From Candidatus Eiseniibacteriota bacterium (GTDB lineage: Bacteria; Eisenbacteria; RBG-16-71-46), in contig JANLWX010000166.1 in NCBI GenBank assembly GCA_031364845.1, positions 1-33,321 on the forward strand: DNA of 33,321 nt. The letters are read 5' to 3'. Each line of letters starts with the position of its first letter. The first letter of the stretch is position 1. Below are positions 1 to 9,449 of the stretch, piece by piece. A program made the position numbers and the translations under genes. The notes beneath the pieces are model-generated. The model ran no database searches, was not told the origin of the DNA, and saw only the letters and a list, made by a program, of their open reading frames with translations.

Positions 1-141
1 GAGATGGTGATGCCGGGAGACAACGTGGACATGGTGATCGAGCTGATCACGCCGATCGCCATGGAGGACGGACTGCGCTTCGCGATCCGCGAAGGCGGCC
101 GCACCGTCGGCGCCGGCGTCGTCGCCAAGATTCTCGCGTAA
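1..141 (+). CDS. tuf: Elongation factor Tu, 3' end (partial)
   Basis: Frame 1 reads [46 protein letters not shown], the canonical EF-Tu C-terminus; directly upstream of rpsJ. Confidence 0.98.
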   Translation, partial: EMVMPGDNVDMVIELITPIAMEDGLRFAIREGGRTVGAGVVAKILA

Positions 142-170
142 TGCTCTCGCGCAAAGACAAGGACTGATCA

Positions 171-476
171 ATGCTCCAGAAGATCCGCATAAAGCTAAAG
201 TCGTACGATCACGCGACGCTGGATCAGTCGGCGTCCGACATCGTGCGCACTGCTCGCCGCACGGGTGCCGTCACTTCGGGTCCGGTTCCGCTGCCGACCC
301 AGAAGACCGTCTACACCGTGCTGCGCAGCCCGCACGTCGACAAGAAGTCCCGCGAACAGTTCGAGATCCGCATTCACAAGCGCCTGATCGACATCACGCG
401 CTCGACCGCCCAGACCATGGAAGCGCTCGAGAAGCTGGACGTCCCCGCAGGCGTGGACATCGAAATCAAGACGTAA
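171..476 (+). CDS. rpsJ: 30S ribosomal protein S10
   Basis: [16 protein letters not shown] and [14 protein letters not shown] motifs; synteny. Confidence 0.99.
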   Translation: MLQKIRIKLKSYDHATLDQSASDIVRTARRTGAVTSGPVPLPTQKTVYTVLRSPHVDKKSREQFEIRIHKRLIDITRSTAQTMEALEKLDVPAGVDIEIKT

Positions 477-537
477 TCACCGGATCCCGAGCAACGCAGC
501 AGATGGGCGGCGATCGCCGCCCCTGGAGACAAGACGA

Positions 538-1164
538 ATGATTGGATTGATCGGCAAGAAGATCGGGATGACGCAGCTCTTCTCTGAGAAGGGCGAGGCG
601 ATCCCCGTCACCGTCATCGAAGCCGGACCGTGCACGGTCACTGACGTGCGCACCGCTGAGTTGAATGGCTATTCGGCCATCCAGCTCGGGTTCGGATCGA
701 ACAAGGAGTCGCGCTACACGCGGCCGGTGCTGGGGCAGTTCAAGAAGCGCAATCTGCCCCCGTCGCGGTTTCTGAAGGAGTTCCGGGTGCCGGACCTCGC
801 GGGCATCGAAGTGGGCCAGAAGCTCACGGTTTCGATGTTCGAGAAGGGCCAGCACGTGGACATCCAGGGCGTCACGAAAGGCCGCGGTTTCCAGGGCGTG
901 GTCAAGCGTTACGGCTTCGTCTCCGGACACGCGTCGCACGGCCCGACGTTCGGCAAGCAGCCGGGCTCGATCGGCGCGTCGGCGTATCCGTCACGCGTCA
1001 TCAAAGGCAAGCGCCTCCCGGGTCGCATGGGCGGCGTGTTCCTCACCCAGAAGAATCTCGAGATCGTCGCGGTCGACACCGAGCAGAACGTCGTGATGGT
1101 GCGCGGCGCGGTGCCGGGTCCGACGAACGGCCTCGTGATCGTCAAGAAGCGGGACGTCAAATGA
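538..1164 (+). CDS. rplC: 50S ribosomal protein L3
   Basis: GKKIGMTQ, PVTVIEAGPC, KGRGFQGVVKR and PGRMG motifs. Confidence 0.99.
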   Translation: MIGLIGKKIGMTQLFSEKGEAIPVTVIEAGPCTVTDVRTAELNGYSAIQLGFGSNKESRYTRPVLGQFKKRNLPPSRFLKEFRVPDLAGIEVGQKLTVSMFEKGQHVDIQGVTKGRGFQGVVKRYGFVSGHASHGPTFGKQPGSIGASAYPSRVIKGKRLPGRMGGVFLTQKNLEIVAVDTEQNVVMVRGAVPGPTNGLVIVKKRDVK

Positions 1165-1793
1165 GCGCGGTGACCGTCAAGATGGTCGGATCCGACGGAA
1201 GCGACAAGGGCACGGCCGGGCTGCCGGAAGAACTGTTCGGACAGCCGGTGCACGAGCACCTGATGTGGCTTTCGGTGAAGCGTCATCTCGGCAACCAGCG
1301 CCAGGGCAACGCCAAGGTCAAGGCCAAGGGCGAAGTCTCGGGCGGTGGCCGCAAGCCGTTCAAGCAGAAGGGCACCGGGCGTGCGCGCCAGGGCTCGAAC
1401 ACCTCGCCGCTGATGCCGGGCGGCGGACGCGCCTTCGGACCGAAGCCGCGCAGCTACCGTTCGGACATGCCGAAGAAGCAGCGTCGTGCCGCGCTCGTCT
1501 CTGCGCTCTCGCAGCGCGCGAGCGAGAACGCGATCACGGTCATCGACTCGCTGGCGTTCGACGTTCCGAAGACCGCCATGGTCGCCGCGCTGTTGAAGAA
1601 GCTCGGCCTCTACGGCAAGCGCACGCTGCTGGTCATCGATCAGGCGGATGAGCGCGTCTGGAAGTCGTGCCGCAACGTCAAGAATCTGAACACGACGCTG
1701 GCGCACCAGTTGAACGCATACGATCTGCTCTCGTCCGACTCCGTCGTCTTCACGGCACCGGCGCTGGAGCGGGTCAAGGAGGTGTTCGTATGA
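1161..1793 (+). CDS. rplD: 50S ribosomal protein L4
   Basis: EVSGGGRKPFKQKGTGRARQGS...GGG.AFGPKPR; ATGA overlap with rplC. Confidence 0.99.
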   Translation: MSAVTVKMVGSDGSDKGTAGLPEELFGQPVHEHLMWLSVKRHLGNQRQGNAKVKAKGEVSGGGRKPFKQKGTGRARQGSNTSPLMPGGGRAFGPKPRSYRSDMPKKQRRAALVSALSQRASENAITVIDSLAFDVPKTAMVAALLKKLGLYGKRTLLVIDQADERVWKSCRNVKNLNTTLAHQLNAYDLLSSDSVVFTAPALERVKEVFV

Positions 1794-2080
1794 GCGACCC
1801 TCGCAGCATCATCAAGCGCGCGCTGATCACCGAGAAGGGCACGGTCCTTCGCGAAGTGCGCAATCAGTACATCTTCGAAGTGGCGCGCGGCGCGAACAAG
1901 ATCGAAATCAAGCGCGCCATCGAAGTCGTTTTCTCGGTCAAAGTGCATCAGGTGCGGACTCAGCAGTTGCGCGGCAAGGTGCGCCGGACGGGACGTTTCG
2001 TCGGCAAGCGCAGCGACTGGAAGAAGGCCATCGTCACGCTCAAGCCCGATCAGAAGATCGAGCTGTTCGAGCAGATCTAG
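1790..2080 (+). CDS. rplW: 50S ribosomal protein L23
   Basis: ATG at 1790 (ATGA overlap, SD AAGGAGGT); ITEK, ANKIEIK and WKKAIVTL motifs. Confidence 0.98.
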   Translation: MSDPRSIIKRALITEKGTVLREVRNQYIFEVARGANKIEIKRAIEVVFSVKVHQVRTQQLRGKVRRTGRFVGKRSDWKKAIVTLKPDQKIELFEQI

Positions 2081-2089
2081 GAATCGGAA

Positions 2090-2914
2090 ATGGGACTGAA
2101 GAAATTCCGACCGACGACCCCGGCGCTCCGCCATACGGTGGTGTCCGACTACTCGGAACTCACGCGCAGCAAGCCGGTGAAGTCGCTCACCGAACGCATC
2201 TACAAGTCGGGCGGCCGGAACAACTACGGCCACATCTCGATGCGCTGGATCAGTGGCGGTCACAAGCAGCGCTACCGCCTCGTCGACTTCAAGCGCGACA
2301 AGGACGGGGTTCCGGCCGTGGTCGCGAGCATCGAGTACGACCCGAATCGTTCGGCGCGCATCGCGCTGCTCAACTACGTGGACGGGGAGCGCCGGTACAT
2401 CATCGCTCCTGACGGACTCAAGGTGGGCGATCGCGTGCAGTCGGGCGCCGACGCGGAAATTCGCATCGGCAACTGCCTGCCGCTGCGCAACGTGCCGCTC
2501 GGCTCGAACGTGCACAACGTCGAACTGTTCCCCGGCCGCCGCTCGCGCATCGCGCGTTCGGCGGGTGTCTTCTGCCAGCTGATGGCGAAGGACGGAGACT
2601 ACGGCCAGCTGCGGTTGCCGTCGGGCGAGATCCGCAAGTTTCACCTCGATTGCCGCGCGGTCATCGGCCAGGTCGGCAACCTCGAGCACGAAAACATTTC
2701 CTACGGCAAGGCCGGGCGCAATCGCTGGCGCGGCAAGGCTCCCAGCGTCCGCGGCGTGGCGATGAATCCGGTCGACCATCCGATGGGTGGTGGCGAAGGC
2801 AAGAGCTCGGGCGGACGTCATCCGTGCTCGCCGTGGGGCAAGATCACGAAGGGTCTCAAAACTCGCAAGCGCAAGCTGAGCGATTCGCTCATCGTGCGGC
2901 GTCGTACGAAGTAG
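2090..2914 (+). CDS. rplB: 50S ribosomal protein L2
   Basis: [16 protein letters not shown] and [18 protein letters not shown] motifs. Confidence 0.99.
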   Translation: MGLKKFRPTTPALRHTVVSDYSELTRSKPVKSLTERIYKSGGRNNYGHISMRWISGGHKQRYRLVDFKRDKDGVPAVVASIEYDPNRSARIALLNYVDGERRYIIAPDGLKVGDRVQSGADAEIRIGNCLPLRNVPLGSNVHNVELFPGRRSRIARSAGVFCQLMAKDGDYGQLRLPSGEIRKFHLDCRAVIGQVGNLEHENISYGKAGRNRWRGKAPSVRGVAMNPVDHPMGGGEGKSSGGRHPCSPWGKITKGLKTRKRKLSDSLIVRRRTK

Positions 2915-2934
2915 GAAGGAGAACCAGACCGTCC

Positions 2935-3222
2935 ATGGCTCGTTCGATTCGAAAAGGTCCCTACGTCGTCGACTCGCTGGTTCAGAAGGTCGAGTCCATG
3001 AACCGCAGCGGTGAGAAGCGCGTGCTGAAGACGTGGGCACGCCGCTCCACCGTGCTGCCCGAGTTCGTCGGACACACGCTGGCGGTTCACAACGGAAACA
3101 AGTTCATCCCGATCTACATCACGGAAAACATGGTGGGCCACAAGCTCGGCGAGTTCGTGCCGACCCGCATCTTCCGCGGACACGGACAGACGGCCGACAA
3201 GGCTCCTGCGCCCGGAAAGTAG
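2935..3222 (+). CDS. rpsS: 30S ribosomal protein S19
   Basis: [19 protein letters not shown] and MVGHKLGEF motifs; ATG at 2935 after AAGGAG. Confidence 0.99.
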   Translation: MARSIRKGPYVVDSLVQKVESMNRSGEKRVLKTWARRSTVLPEFVGHTLAVHNGNKFIPIYITENMVGHKLGEFVPTRIFRGHGQTADKAPAPGK

Positions 3223-3226
3223 ACTC

Positions 3227-3568
3227 ATGCAAGCGAAAGCGATTCAGCGTTACGTGCGGATCACGCCGCGCAAGTGCAACCAGGTGCTGGACCTCATCCG
3301 CGGCCAGCGGGTCGAAGAGGCCCAGGTCACGCTGCAGTTCATGCCCAAGCTGGGCGCGCGCATCATTCAGAAGGTGCTCAAGTCTGCGGTCGCCAATGCC
3401 CTGCACGAAGGCAAGGTCCGCCTCGAGGATCTGTACGTGAAAGAAGCCGTGGTCGGCGCCGGCCCGACGCTCAAGCGCTGGCTGCCGCGCGCGCAGGGTC
3501 GGGCAACACCCCTGCTCAAACGGACGAGCCACGTGTCGGTGACCGTCGCCACGAAGGAGTCGCTCTAA
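3227..3568 (+). CDS. rplV: 50S ribosomal protein L22
   Basis: [27 protein letters not shown] and KRTSH motifs. Confidence 0.99.
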   Translation: MQAKAIQRYVRITPRKCNQVLDLIRGQRVEEAQVTLQFMPKLGARIIQKVLKSAVANALHEGKVRLEDLYVKEAVVGAGPTLKRWLPRAQGRATPLLKRTSHVSVTVATKESL

Positions 3569-3569
3569 G

Positions 3570-4229
3570 ATGGGACAGAAAACCAATCCGATCGGTCTCC
3601 GCCTGGGGATCGTCAAGACCTGGGACTCGCGCTGGTTCGCGAAGAAGGGCTACGCGGAGCTGCTGAAGGAGGACCTGCTGATCAAGCGGTACCTCAAGAA
3701 GCGCCTCTACCAGGCCGGCATCTCGAAGATCACGATCGAGCGCAAGGGCGAGAAGGTGACGATCGGAATCCGCACCGCGCGTCCCGGACTCGTGATCGGC
3801 CGCAAGGGCGAGCAGGTCGACAAGCTGTCGGAAGAAATGAAGCAGCTGACGAAGAAGCAGGTGCAGCTGAACATCGAGGAGATCAAGCGCGCGGACCTCG
3901 ACGCGCAGCTCGTGGCCGAGCACATCGCGAAGCAGCTCGAGCAGCGCGTCTCGTTCCGCCGCGCGATGAAGAAGGCGATCGCCTCGTCGATGCGCGCGGG
4001 GGCTCAGGGCGTGCGTATCGCGTGCTCGGGACGTCTGGGCGGCGCCGAAATGGCGCGCTTCGAGACGTACCGCGAAGGCCGGGTTCCGCTGCACACGCTG
4101 CGCGCCGACATCGATTTCGCGCGCGCGACGGCGAATACGGCGTATGGAACGTGCGGAGTGAAGGTGTGGATGTTCCACGGAGAAGTGCTCGACAAGCCGG
4201 CGGCCGTGACGGCCGCCGCGGCGAAGTGA
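3570..4229 (+). CDS. rpsC: 30S ribosomal protein S3
   Basis: [34 protein letters not shown] and [13 protein letters not shown] motifs. Confidence 0.99.
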   Translation: MGQKTNPIGLRLGIVKTWDSRWFAKKGYAELLKEDLLIKRYLKKRLYQAGISKITIERKGEKVTIGIRTARPGLVIGRKGEQVDKLSEEMKQLTKKQVQLNIEEIKRADLDAQLVAEHIAKQLEQRVSFRRAMKKAIASSMRAGAQGVRIACSGRLGGAEMARFETYREGRVPLHTLRADIDFARATANTAYGTCGVKVWMFHGEVLDKPAAVTAAAAK

Positions 4230-4242
4230 GGGGGACCGACCG

Positions 4243-4665
4243 ATGCTGATGCCGAAGCGCGTCAAGTACCGCAAGCAGCAGCGCGGGCGCATGCGGGGCA
4301 AGGCGTATCGCGGCTCCTCCGTTGCGTTCGGAGAATTCGGGCTGCAGGCGCTGGAACCGGCGTGGGTGACGAACCGCCAGATCGAAGCGGCGCGCGTGGC
4401 GATCACGCGCTCGATCAAGCGTGGTGGCAAGATGTGGATCCGCATTTTCCCGGACAAGCCGGTCACCAAGAAGCCGGCCGAGACTCGAATGGGCAAGGGC
4501 AAGGGCGCGCCGGAATTCTGGGTCGCGGTCGTCAAGCCCGGGCGCGTGATGTTCGAGCTCGAAGGAATTTCGAAGCCCATGGCGCAGGCGGCCATGAAGC
4601 TCGGCGCGTCGAAGCTCCCGATCCGCACGCGGTTCGTCGAGCGTCACGAGCTGGGAGGGGAGTGA
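4243..4665 (+). CDS. rplP: 50S ribosomal protein L16
   Basis: [24 protein letters not shown] and RMGKGKG motifs. Confidence 0.99.
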   Translation: MLMPKRVKYRKQQRGRMRGKAYRGSSVAFGEFGLQALEPAWVTNRQIEAARVAITRSIKRGGKMWIRIFPDKPVTKKPAETRMGKGKGAPEFWVAVVKPGRVMFELEGISKPMAQAAMKLGASKLPIRTRFVERHELGGE

Positions 4666-4668
4666 TCC

Positions 4669-4869
4669 ATGAGCCACGTGAAGCCGTCCAGCATGCGGGA
4701 CATGTCGGTGGATGAGATCAACGGCCGCCTCGGCGAGCTGCGGGAGGAGTTGTTCAACCTGCGGTTCCGCAATTCGATGAAGCAGCTCGACAACCCGGTC
4801 AAGATCCGGGAAAGCCGGCGCGAGGTTGCAAGGCTCCTCACCGTGCTGAACGAGAAGGAGCCCAAATGA
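4669..4869 (+). CDS. rpmC: 50S ribosomal protein L29
   Basis: [11 protein letters not shown]...QLDNP...RREVARLLT; position in the operon. Confidence 0.97.
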   Translation: MSHVKPSSMRDMSVDEINGRLGELREELFNLRFRNSMKQLDNPVKIRESRREVARLLTVLNEKEPK

Positions 4870-5141
4870 CCGTCATGATTGCAGACGAAACCCGCAATCG
4901 CAGGAAGATTCGCGTCGGCCAGGTCGTGAGCGACCGCATGGACAAGACCGTGGTCGTGTCCATCGAGCGCCTCGTCAAGCACCCGGTCTATGGCCGGTAC
5001 GTGCGCCGGCGGACGAAGTTCAAGGTTCACGACGAGACGAACGAGTGCAAGGTGGGTGACACGATCCGGTTCATGGAGACGCGGCCCATTTCGAAAGACA
5101 AGCGGTGGCGGTTCGTGGAATTCGTCGAGCGCGCCAAGTGA
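4866..5141 (+). CDS. rpsQ: 30S ribosomal protein S17
   Basis: [19 protein letters not shown] and [11 protein letters not shown] motifs. Confidence 0.99.
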   Translation: MTVMIADETRNRRKIRVGQVVSDRMDKTVVVSIERLVKHPVYGRYVRRRTKFKVHDETNECKVGDTIRFMETRPISKDKRWRFVEFVERAK

Positions 5142-5157
5142 CCTCGGGGGTGAAATC

Positions 5158-5526
5158 ATGATTCAGCTTCGAACGTGGGTCACGGTCGCGGACAACTCGG
5201 GCGCGAAGCGTGCACAGTGCATCAAGGTGCTCGGTGGCCATCACAAGCGGTATGGACGTCTGGGCGACATCGTCGTGGTGTCGGTCAAGGACGCGATTCC
5301 GGGTGCTGCGGTGAAGAAGGGCGATGTCGCGAAGGCGGTCGTGGTGCGCGCCGTGAAGGAAGGGCGCCGCAAGGACGGCTCGTACATCCGTTTCGACGAG
5401 AACGCGGTCGTGCTGATCAACGACGACAAAGAACCGCGCGGTACCCGCATCTTCGGGCCGATCGCGCGCGAACTGCGCGAGAAGTCGTTCATGAAGATCA
5501 TTTCGCTCGCGCCGGAGGTGATCTGA
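5158..5526 (+). CDS. rplN: 50S ribosomal protein L14
   Basis: MIQ...[17 protein letters not shown] and KIISLAPEV motifs; 122 aa from ATG 5158. Confidence 0.99.
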   Translation: MIQLRTWVTVADNSGAKRAQCIKVLGGHHKRYGRLGDIVVVSVKDAIPGAAVKKGDVAKAVVVRAVKEGRRKDGSYIRFDENAVVLINDDKEPRGTRIFGPIARELREKSFMKIISLAPEVI

Positions 5527-5852
5527 TGGGTCTCAAGATTCGCAAAGGCGACACGGTCCAAGTGATCGCCGGTGACGACAAGGGCAAGGTCGGCCGCGTG
5601 CTCGCGGTCGACGAAGTGAAGCACCGCGTCACGGTCGAGAAGGTGAATTTCATCAAGCGTCATACGAAGGCACGCAAGCAGGGAGTGTCGAGCGGCATCA
5701 TCGAGCGCGAAGCGCCGCTCCACATGTCGAACGTGCTGCTGTACGACGCGAAGCTCCAGCGCGGAACGCGCGTCGGAGTCCGGCAGCTCGAGGACGGAAC
5801 CCGCGAGCGCGTGTCCAAGGCGAGCGGCGAAACGATCACCAAGCAGGCGTAG
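5526..5852 (+). CDS. rplX: 50S ribosomal protein L24
   Basis: [20 protein letters not shown] (KOW) and [14 protein letters not shown] overlap with rplN. Confidence 0.99.
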   Translation: MGLKIRKGDTVQVIAGDDKGKVGRVLAVDEVKHRVTVEKVNFIKRHTKARKQGVSSGIIEREAPLHMSNVLLYDAKLQRGTRVGVRQLEDGTRERVSKASGETITKQA

Positions 5853-5947
5853 GGCGTCCCGGCCGCGCAGCGGCCGGACACGAGTCCCGCACAGGCACCA
5901 GGGTGCAGCGGGAGAATCTCGAGGCACCCTGGAACCAAGAGGTATCG

Positions 5948-6664
5948 ATGGCAGACAAGAAATCCAAGGGCGCGGACGCTTCGAAGACGAAGGCCGCCGC
6001 GGCTCCGAAGACCCCTAAGACTCCGAAGACCGGGGACGATCAGAAGAAGAAGGCCAAGGCGTCGCGCACCGAATCCAGTGCCGGTGCGGTGACGATGGAG
6101 CGGCCTTCGGCTCCGACCGAGAAGCCTCGTCTCGCGAAGTTCTACGAGGAGACGGTCCGGCCGGCGCTGATGGAGAAATTCGCGTACAAGAGCGTCATGC
6201 AGGCGCCGCGGCTCGAGAAGATCGTGCTCAACATGGGCGTGGGTGACGCGGTGTCCGATCAGAAGATGCTCGACGCGGCGATGAACGAGCTCGGCCAGAT
6301 CACGGGCCAGCGTCCGGCGCTGCGCCGCGCGCGCAAATCGATCTCGAACTTCAAGCTCCGCGAAGGCGTCGGAGTGGGCTGCTGTGTGACGCTGCGCGGC
6401 GCTCGCATGTACGAATTCTACGACCGTCTGGTGAATGTCGCCGTGCCGCGTATTCGCGACTTCCGCGGACTGTCGCAGCGTTCGTTCGACGGACGCGGCA
6501 ACTACAGCATGGGACTCACCGAGCAGATCATCTTTCCCGAGATCAACTACGACAAAGTCGGGAAGGTGCGCGGCATGGACGTCACGATCGTGACCTCCGC
6601 AAAGACCGACGAAGAAGGCCGCGAGCTGATGCGGCTCATGAACATGCCGTTCCGTCAGAAGTAG
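5948..6664 (+). CDS. rplE: 50S ribosomal protein L5 with a Lys/Ala-rich N-terminal extension of about 55-60 aa
   Basis: [32 protein letters not shown] and EQIIFPEI motifs; ATG 5948 preceded by AAGAGGT. Confidence 0.97.
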   Translation: MADKKSKGADASKTKAAAAPKTPKTPKTGDDQKKKAKASRTESSAGAVTMERPSAPTEKPRLAKFYEETVRPALMEKFAYKSVMQAPRLEKIVLNMGVGDAVSDQKMLDAAMNELGQITGQRPALRRARKSISNFKLREGVGVGCCVTLRGARMYEFYDRLVNVAVPRIRDFRGLSQRSFDGRGNYSMGLTEQIIFPEINYDKVGKVRGMDVTIVTSAKTDEEGRELMRLMNMPFRQK

Positions 6665-6676
6665 CGGGGAGGAACA

Positions 6677-6862
6677 TTGGCCAAGAAATCCATTATTGAG
6701 AAGTGGAAGCGGACACCGAAGTTCAAGGTGCGCGCCTACACCCGCTGTCATCGTTGCGGGCGGCCGCGCGCGTTCCTGCGAGATTTCGGAATGTGCCGCA
6801 TCTGCTTCCGTGAGCTTGCGCTCTCCGGTCAGATTCCGGGCGTCGTCAAGTCGAGCTGGTGA
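6677..6862 (+). CDS. rpsN: 30S ribosomal protein S14, zinc-binding (C+, type Z)
   Basis: TTG start after GGGGAGG; 61 aa with RCHRCGR...MCRICFRE...GVVKSSW. Confidence 0.98.
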   Translation: MAKKSIIEKWKRTPKFKVRAYTRCHRCGRPRAFLRDFGMCRICFRELALSGQIPGVVKSSW

Positions 6863-6944
6863 ACCGCGCCCCGAGAGGGGTGCACGAGGACCAGGCAGCA
6901 GGTGCGCAAGGGCGCTCCTGAACGCTGGGACCCTGGGAGAAATC

Positions 6945-7343
6945 ATGGCTGTTTCAGATCCGGTCGCAGATTTCCTGACGTCGATCCGCAACGCGCTGCG
7001 CGCGAAGCACCGCAAGGTGGACGTGCCCGCGTCGAGTCTCAAGACGGAGATCGCCAAGGTGCTGCTGCGCGAGCGCTACATCAACAACTTCAAGCTGATC
7101 GAGGACACCAAGCAGGGTGTGCTGCGCGTCTATCTCAAGTACGCGGACGATCACTCGAACGTCATCACCGGAATTCGCCGCATGAGCACCCCGGGCCGCC
7201 GGATCTACGTCAACAAGGATGAGATCCCACGCGTTCTGGGCGGCATGGGCACCTCGATCGTTTCCACCTCCCACGGCGTCATGACCGACCGTGAGGCCCG
7301 CGAAGCGGGTCTCGGCGGCGAGCTCATGGCGCAGATCTGGTAA
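6945..7343 (+). CDS. rpsH: 30S ribosomal protein S8
   Basis: DPVADFLTSIRNA, STPGRRIY, STSHGVMTD and GGE motifs. Confidence 0.99.
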   Translation: MAVSDPVADFLTSIRNALRAKHRKVDVPASSLKTEIAKVLLRERYINNFKLIEDTKQGVLRVYLKYADDHSNVITGIRRMSTPGRRIYVNKDEIPRVLGGMGTSIVSTSHGVMTDREAREAGLGGELMAQIW

Positions 7344-7353
7344 GGGAGGCGAC

Positions 7354-7893
7354 ATGTCGCGTATCGGAAAGCTGCCGGTCGCCATCCCGAACGGGGTGAC
7401 GGTCGAAGTCGCCAATGACCGCGTGGCGGTGAAGGGTCCGAAGGGCTCGCTGAGCTCCCACGTCCTCACCGGAGTCCAGGTGGTCGTCGAGAACAACGAA
7501 GCCCGCGTGCTCACCGAGCAGATCACGCGCAACCCCGCGTTCGGAACCATGCGCGCGCTGATCAACAACATGGTGATCGGCGTGACGACCGGCTTCAAGA
7601 AGGTGCTCGAGATCCAGGGCACCGGATATCGCGCGCAGGCCGACGGCAAGAAGCTCGTGCTCCAGCTCGGCTATTCGCACCCGATCACGTTCACGCCGCC
7701 CGAGGGCATCGACATCAAGGTCGACAGCCCGACGAAGCTGACCGTGAGCGGCGCGGACAAGGCCAACGTGGGACAGGTCGCGGCCAACATCCGCGCGTTC
7801 CGTCCGCCGGAGCCGTACAAGGGCAAGGGAATCCGTTACGAAGGCGAATACGTTCGCCGTAAGGCCGGCAAGGCTGCAGGAGCCTCTTCATGA
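7354..7893 (+). CDS. rplF: 50S ribosomal protein L6
   Basis: [19 protein letters not shown] and [13 protein letters not shown] motifs. Confidence 0.99.
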   Translation: MSRIGKLPVAIPNGVTVEVANDRVAVKGPKGSLSSHVLTGVQVVVENNEARVLTEQITRNPAFGTMRALINNMVIGVTTGFKKVLEIQGTGYRAQADGKKLVLQLGYSHPITFTPPEGIDIKVDSPTKLTVSGADKANVGQVAANIRAFRPPEPYKGKGIRYEGEYVRRKAGKAAGASS

Positions 7894-8255
7894 GCGGACA
7901 GCACAACAAGAACGAGCGGCGCCGAATCCGGCGCTACCGCATTCGCAAGCGTGTGCGCGGGAACGAATCGCGTCCGCGGCTGTCGGTATTCCGCAGCTCG
8001 CGGTTCATCTATGCGCAGATCGTCGACGACGATCAGGGGCGCACGCTGGTCGCGGCGAGCAGCCGCGAGCCCGCGATCGGCAAGCCCGAATCGGGCGGGA
8101 AGATTTCGCTCAGCACCGCGGTGGGCAAGCTCATCGCGGAGCGCGCGAAGGAGAAAGGCATTACCCGGGTCGCGTTCGATCGCGGCGGGTACCTGTATCA
8201 CGGCCGGGTCAAGGCGCTCGCTGACGGTGCGCGCGCCGGCGGTCTGGAATTCTAG
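7890..8255 (+). CDS. rplR: 50S ribosomal protein L18
   Basis: [33 protein letters not shown] and GLEF motifs. Confidence 0.99.
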   Translation: MSGQHNKNERRRIRRYRIRKRVRGNESRPRLSVFRSSRFIYAQIVDDDQGRTLVAASSREPAIGKPESGGKISLSTAVGKLIAERAKEKGITRVAFDRGGYLYHGRVKALADGARAGGLEF

Positions 8256-8264
8256 GAGGCGTGC

Positions 8265-8798
8265 GTGGCTCGTCCCGGTGATTCACAGCAGAAGTCTGAA
8301 TTCGTCGAGCGCGTGATTGCGGTCAATCGCTGCGCCAAGGTCGTCAAGGGCGGGCGCCGGTTCTCGTTCAACGCCATCGTGGCGGTGGGCGACCAGGCCG
8401 GCCGCGTCGGCGTGGGTCTCGGTAAGGCGAACGAAGTCGCCGACGCGATCCGTAAGGCCGGCGAGACCGCAAAGAAGAATCTGTTCCGTGTGCCGCTGAC
8501 GCGCGGAGGATCGATCCCGCATCAGGTGCTCGGTCACTTCGGCGCGGGCGAAGTCCTGCTCAAGCCGGCATCGCCTGGAACCGGCGTGATCGCCGGCGCC
8601 GGCGTGCGCGCGGTGCTCGAAGTCGCGGGCATTGTGAACGTGCTGACCAAGTGCCTCGGCACGCGCAACCCGCACAATCTGGTGAAGGCCACGGTGAACG
8701 GTCTTCAGCGCCTGCGCCGGCCGCATGAAGTGGCGGCGGCGCGCGGTATGACGGTGGAAGAGATGTTCGGCGCGAGGAGAGCCTCCGATGGCGCGTAA
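8265..8798 (+). CDS. rpsE: 30S ribosomal protein S5
   Basis: GTG start after [23 protein letters not shown] and [11 protein letters not shown] motifs. Confidence 0.99.
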   Translation: MARPGDSQQKSEFVERVIAVNRCAKVVKGGRRFSFNAIVAVGDQAGRVGVGLGKANEVADAIRKAGETAKKNLFRVPLTRGGSIPHQVLGHFGAGEVLLKPASPGTGVIAGAGVRAVLEVAGIVNVLTKCLGTRNPHNLVKATVNGLQRLRRPHEVAAARGMTVEEMFGARRASDGA

Positions 8799-8970
8799 AC
8801 TTCGCATCCGCTACGTCAAGAGCTCGAGCGGCCACAAGGAAGATCAGGGCGCGACCGTGCGCGCGCTGGGGCTGCGCAAGCTCCAGCACACGGTCGAGCA
8901 CGACGACACGCCCCAGATCAGGGGCATGGTGTTCAAGGTGCGTCACCTCGTCGAGGTGACGGAAGCATGA
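8788..8970 (+). CDS. rpmD: 50S ribosomal protein L30
   Basis: TVRALGLRK...[16 protein letters not shown]. Confidence 0.98.
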   Translation: MARKLRIRYVKSSSGHKEDQGATVRALGLRKLQHTVEHDDTPQIRGMVFKVRHLVEVTEA

Positions 8971-9443
8971 CGAGGACGGGAACCATGCGCATCGGTACGA
9001 TTCGTCCGGCGGCGGGAGCAACCCGGCCGTCGAAGCGCCGCGGCAAGGGCGCCGCTTCAGGACTCGGCGGCACCGCGGGCAAGGGACACAAGGGGCACAA
9101 GGCGCGGACCGGCGGAAAGATTCCGTCATGGTTCGAGGGCGGGCAGATGCCCATCCAGCGCCGTCTGCCGAAACGCGGCTTCAAGAATCCGGGCCGCGTC
9201 GAATATCAGGTGATCAACGTCGGCCAGCTCGCGGACGCTCCGGCGCAGACGCGCGTGGACCGTGCGTGGCTCGAGTCGCAGGGCCTGGTGCGGCGCAAGG
9301 GGCCGATCAAGCTGCTCGGTGCCGGTGAACTGAAGGTGGCGCTCACGATCGCAGTGGACAAAGCCAGCGCTTCCGCTCGCAAAGCGATCGAAGCGGTCGG
9401 CGGCAAGCTCGAGAGTCTCGAGAAAACCCAGGCCAAGGCGTAA
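8967..9443 (+). CDS. rplO: 50S ribosomal protein L15 (alternative start at 8985)
   Basis: [27 protein letters not shown] and IEAVGG motifs. Confidence 0.98.
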   Translation: MTRTGTMRIGTIRPAAGATRPSKRRGKGAASGLGGTAGKGHKGHKARTGGKIPSWFEGGQMPIQRRLPKRGFKNPGRVEYQVINVGQLADAPAQTRVDRAWLESQGLVRRKGPIKLLGAGELKVALTIAVDKASASARKAIEAVGGKLESLEKTQAKA

Positions 9444-9449
9444 TCGTTC

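Noticed and set aside
5850..5950. Pseudoknot-stimulated read-through fusing L24 to L5
   Set aside because: rplX and rplE are in different frames, no slippery heptamer is evident, and rplE has its own SD.
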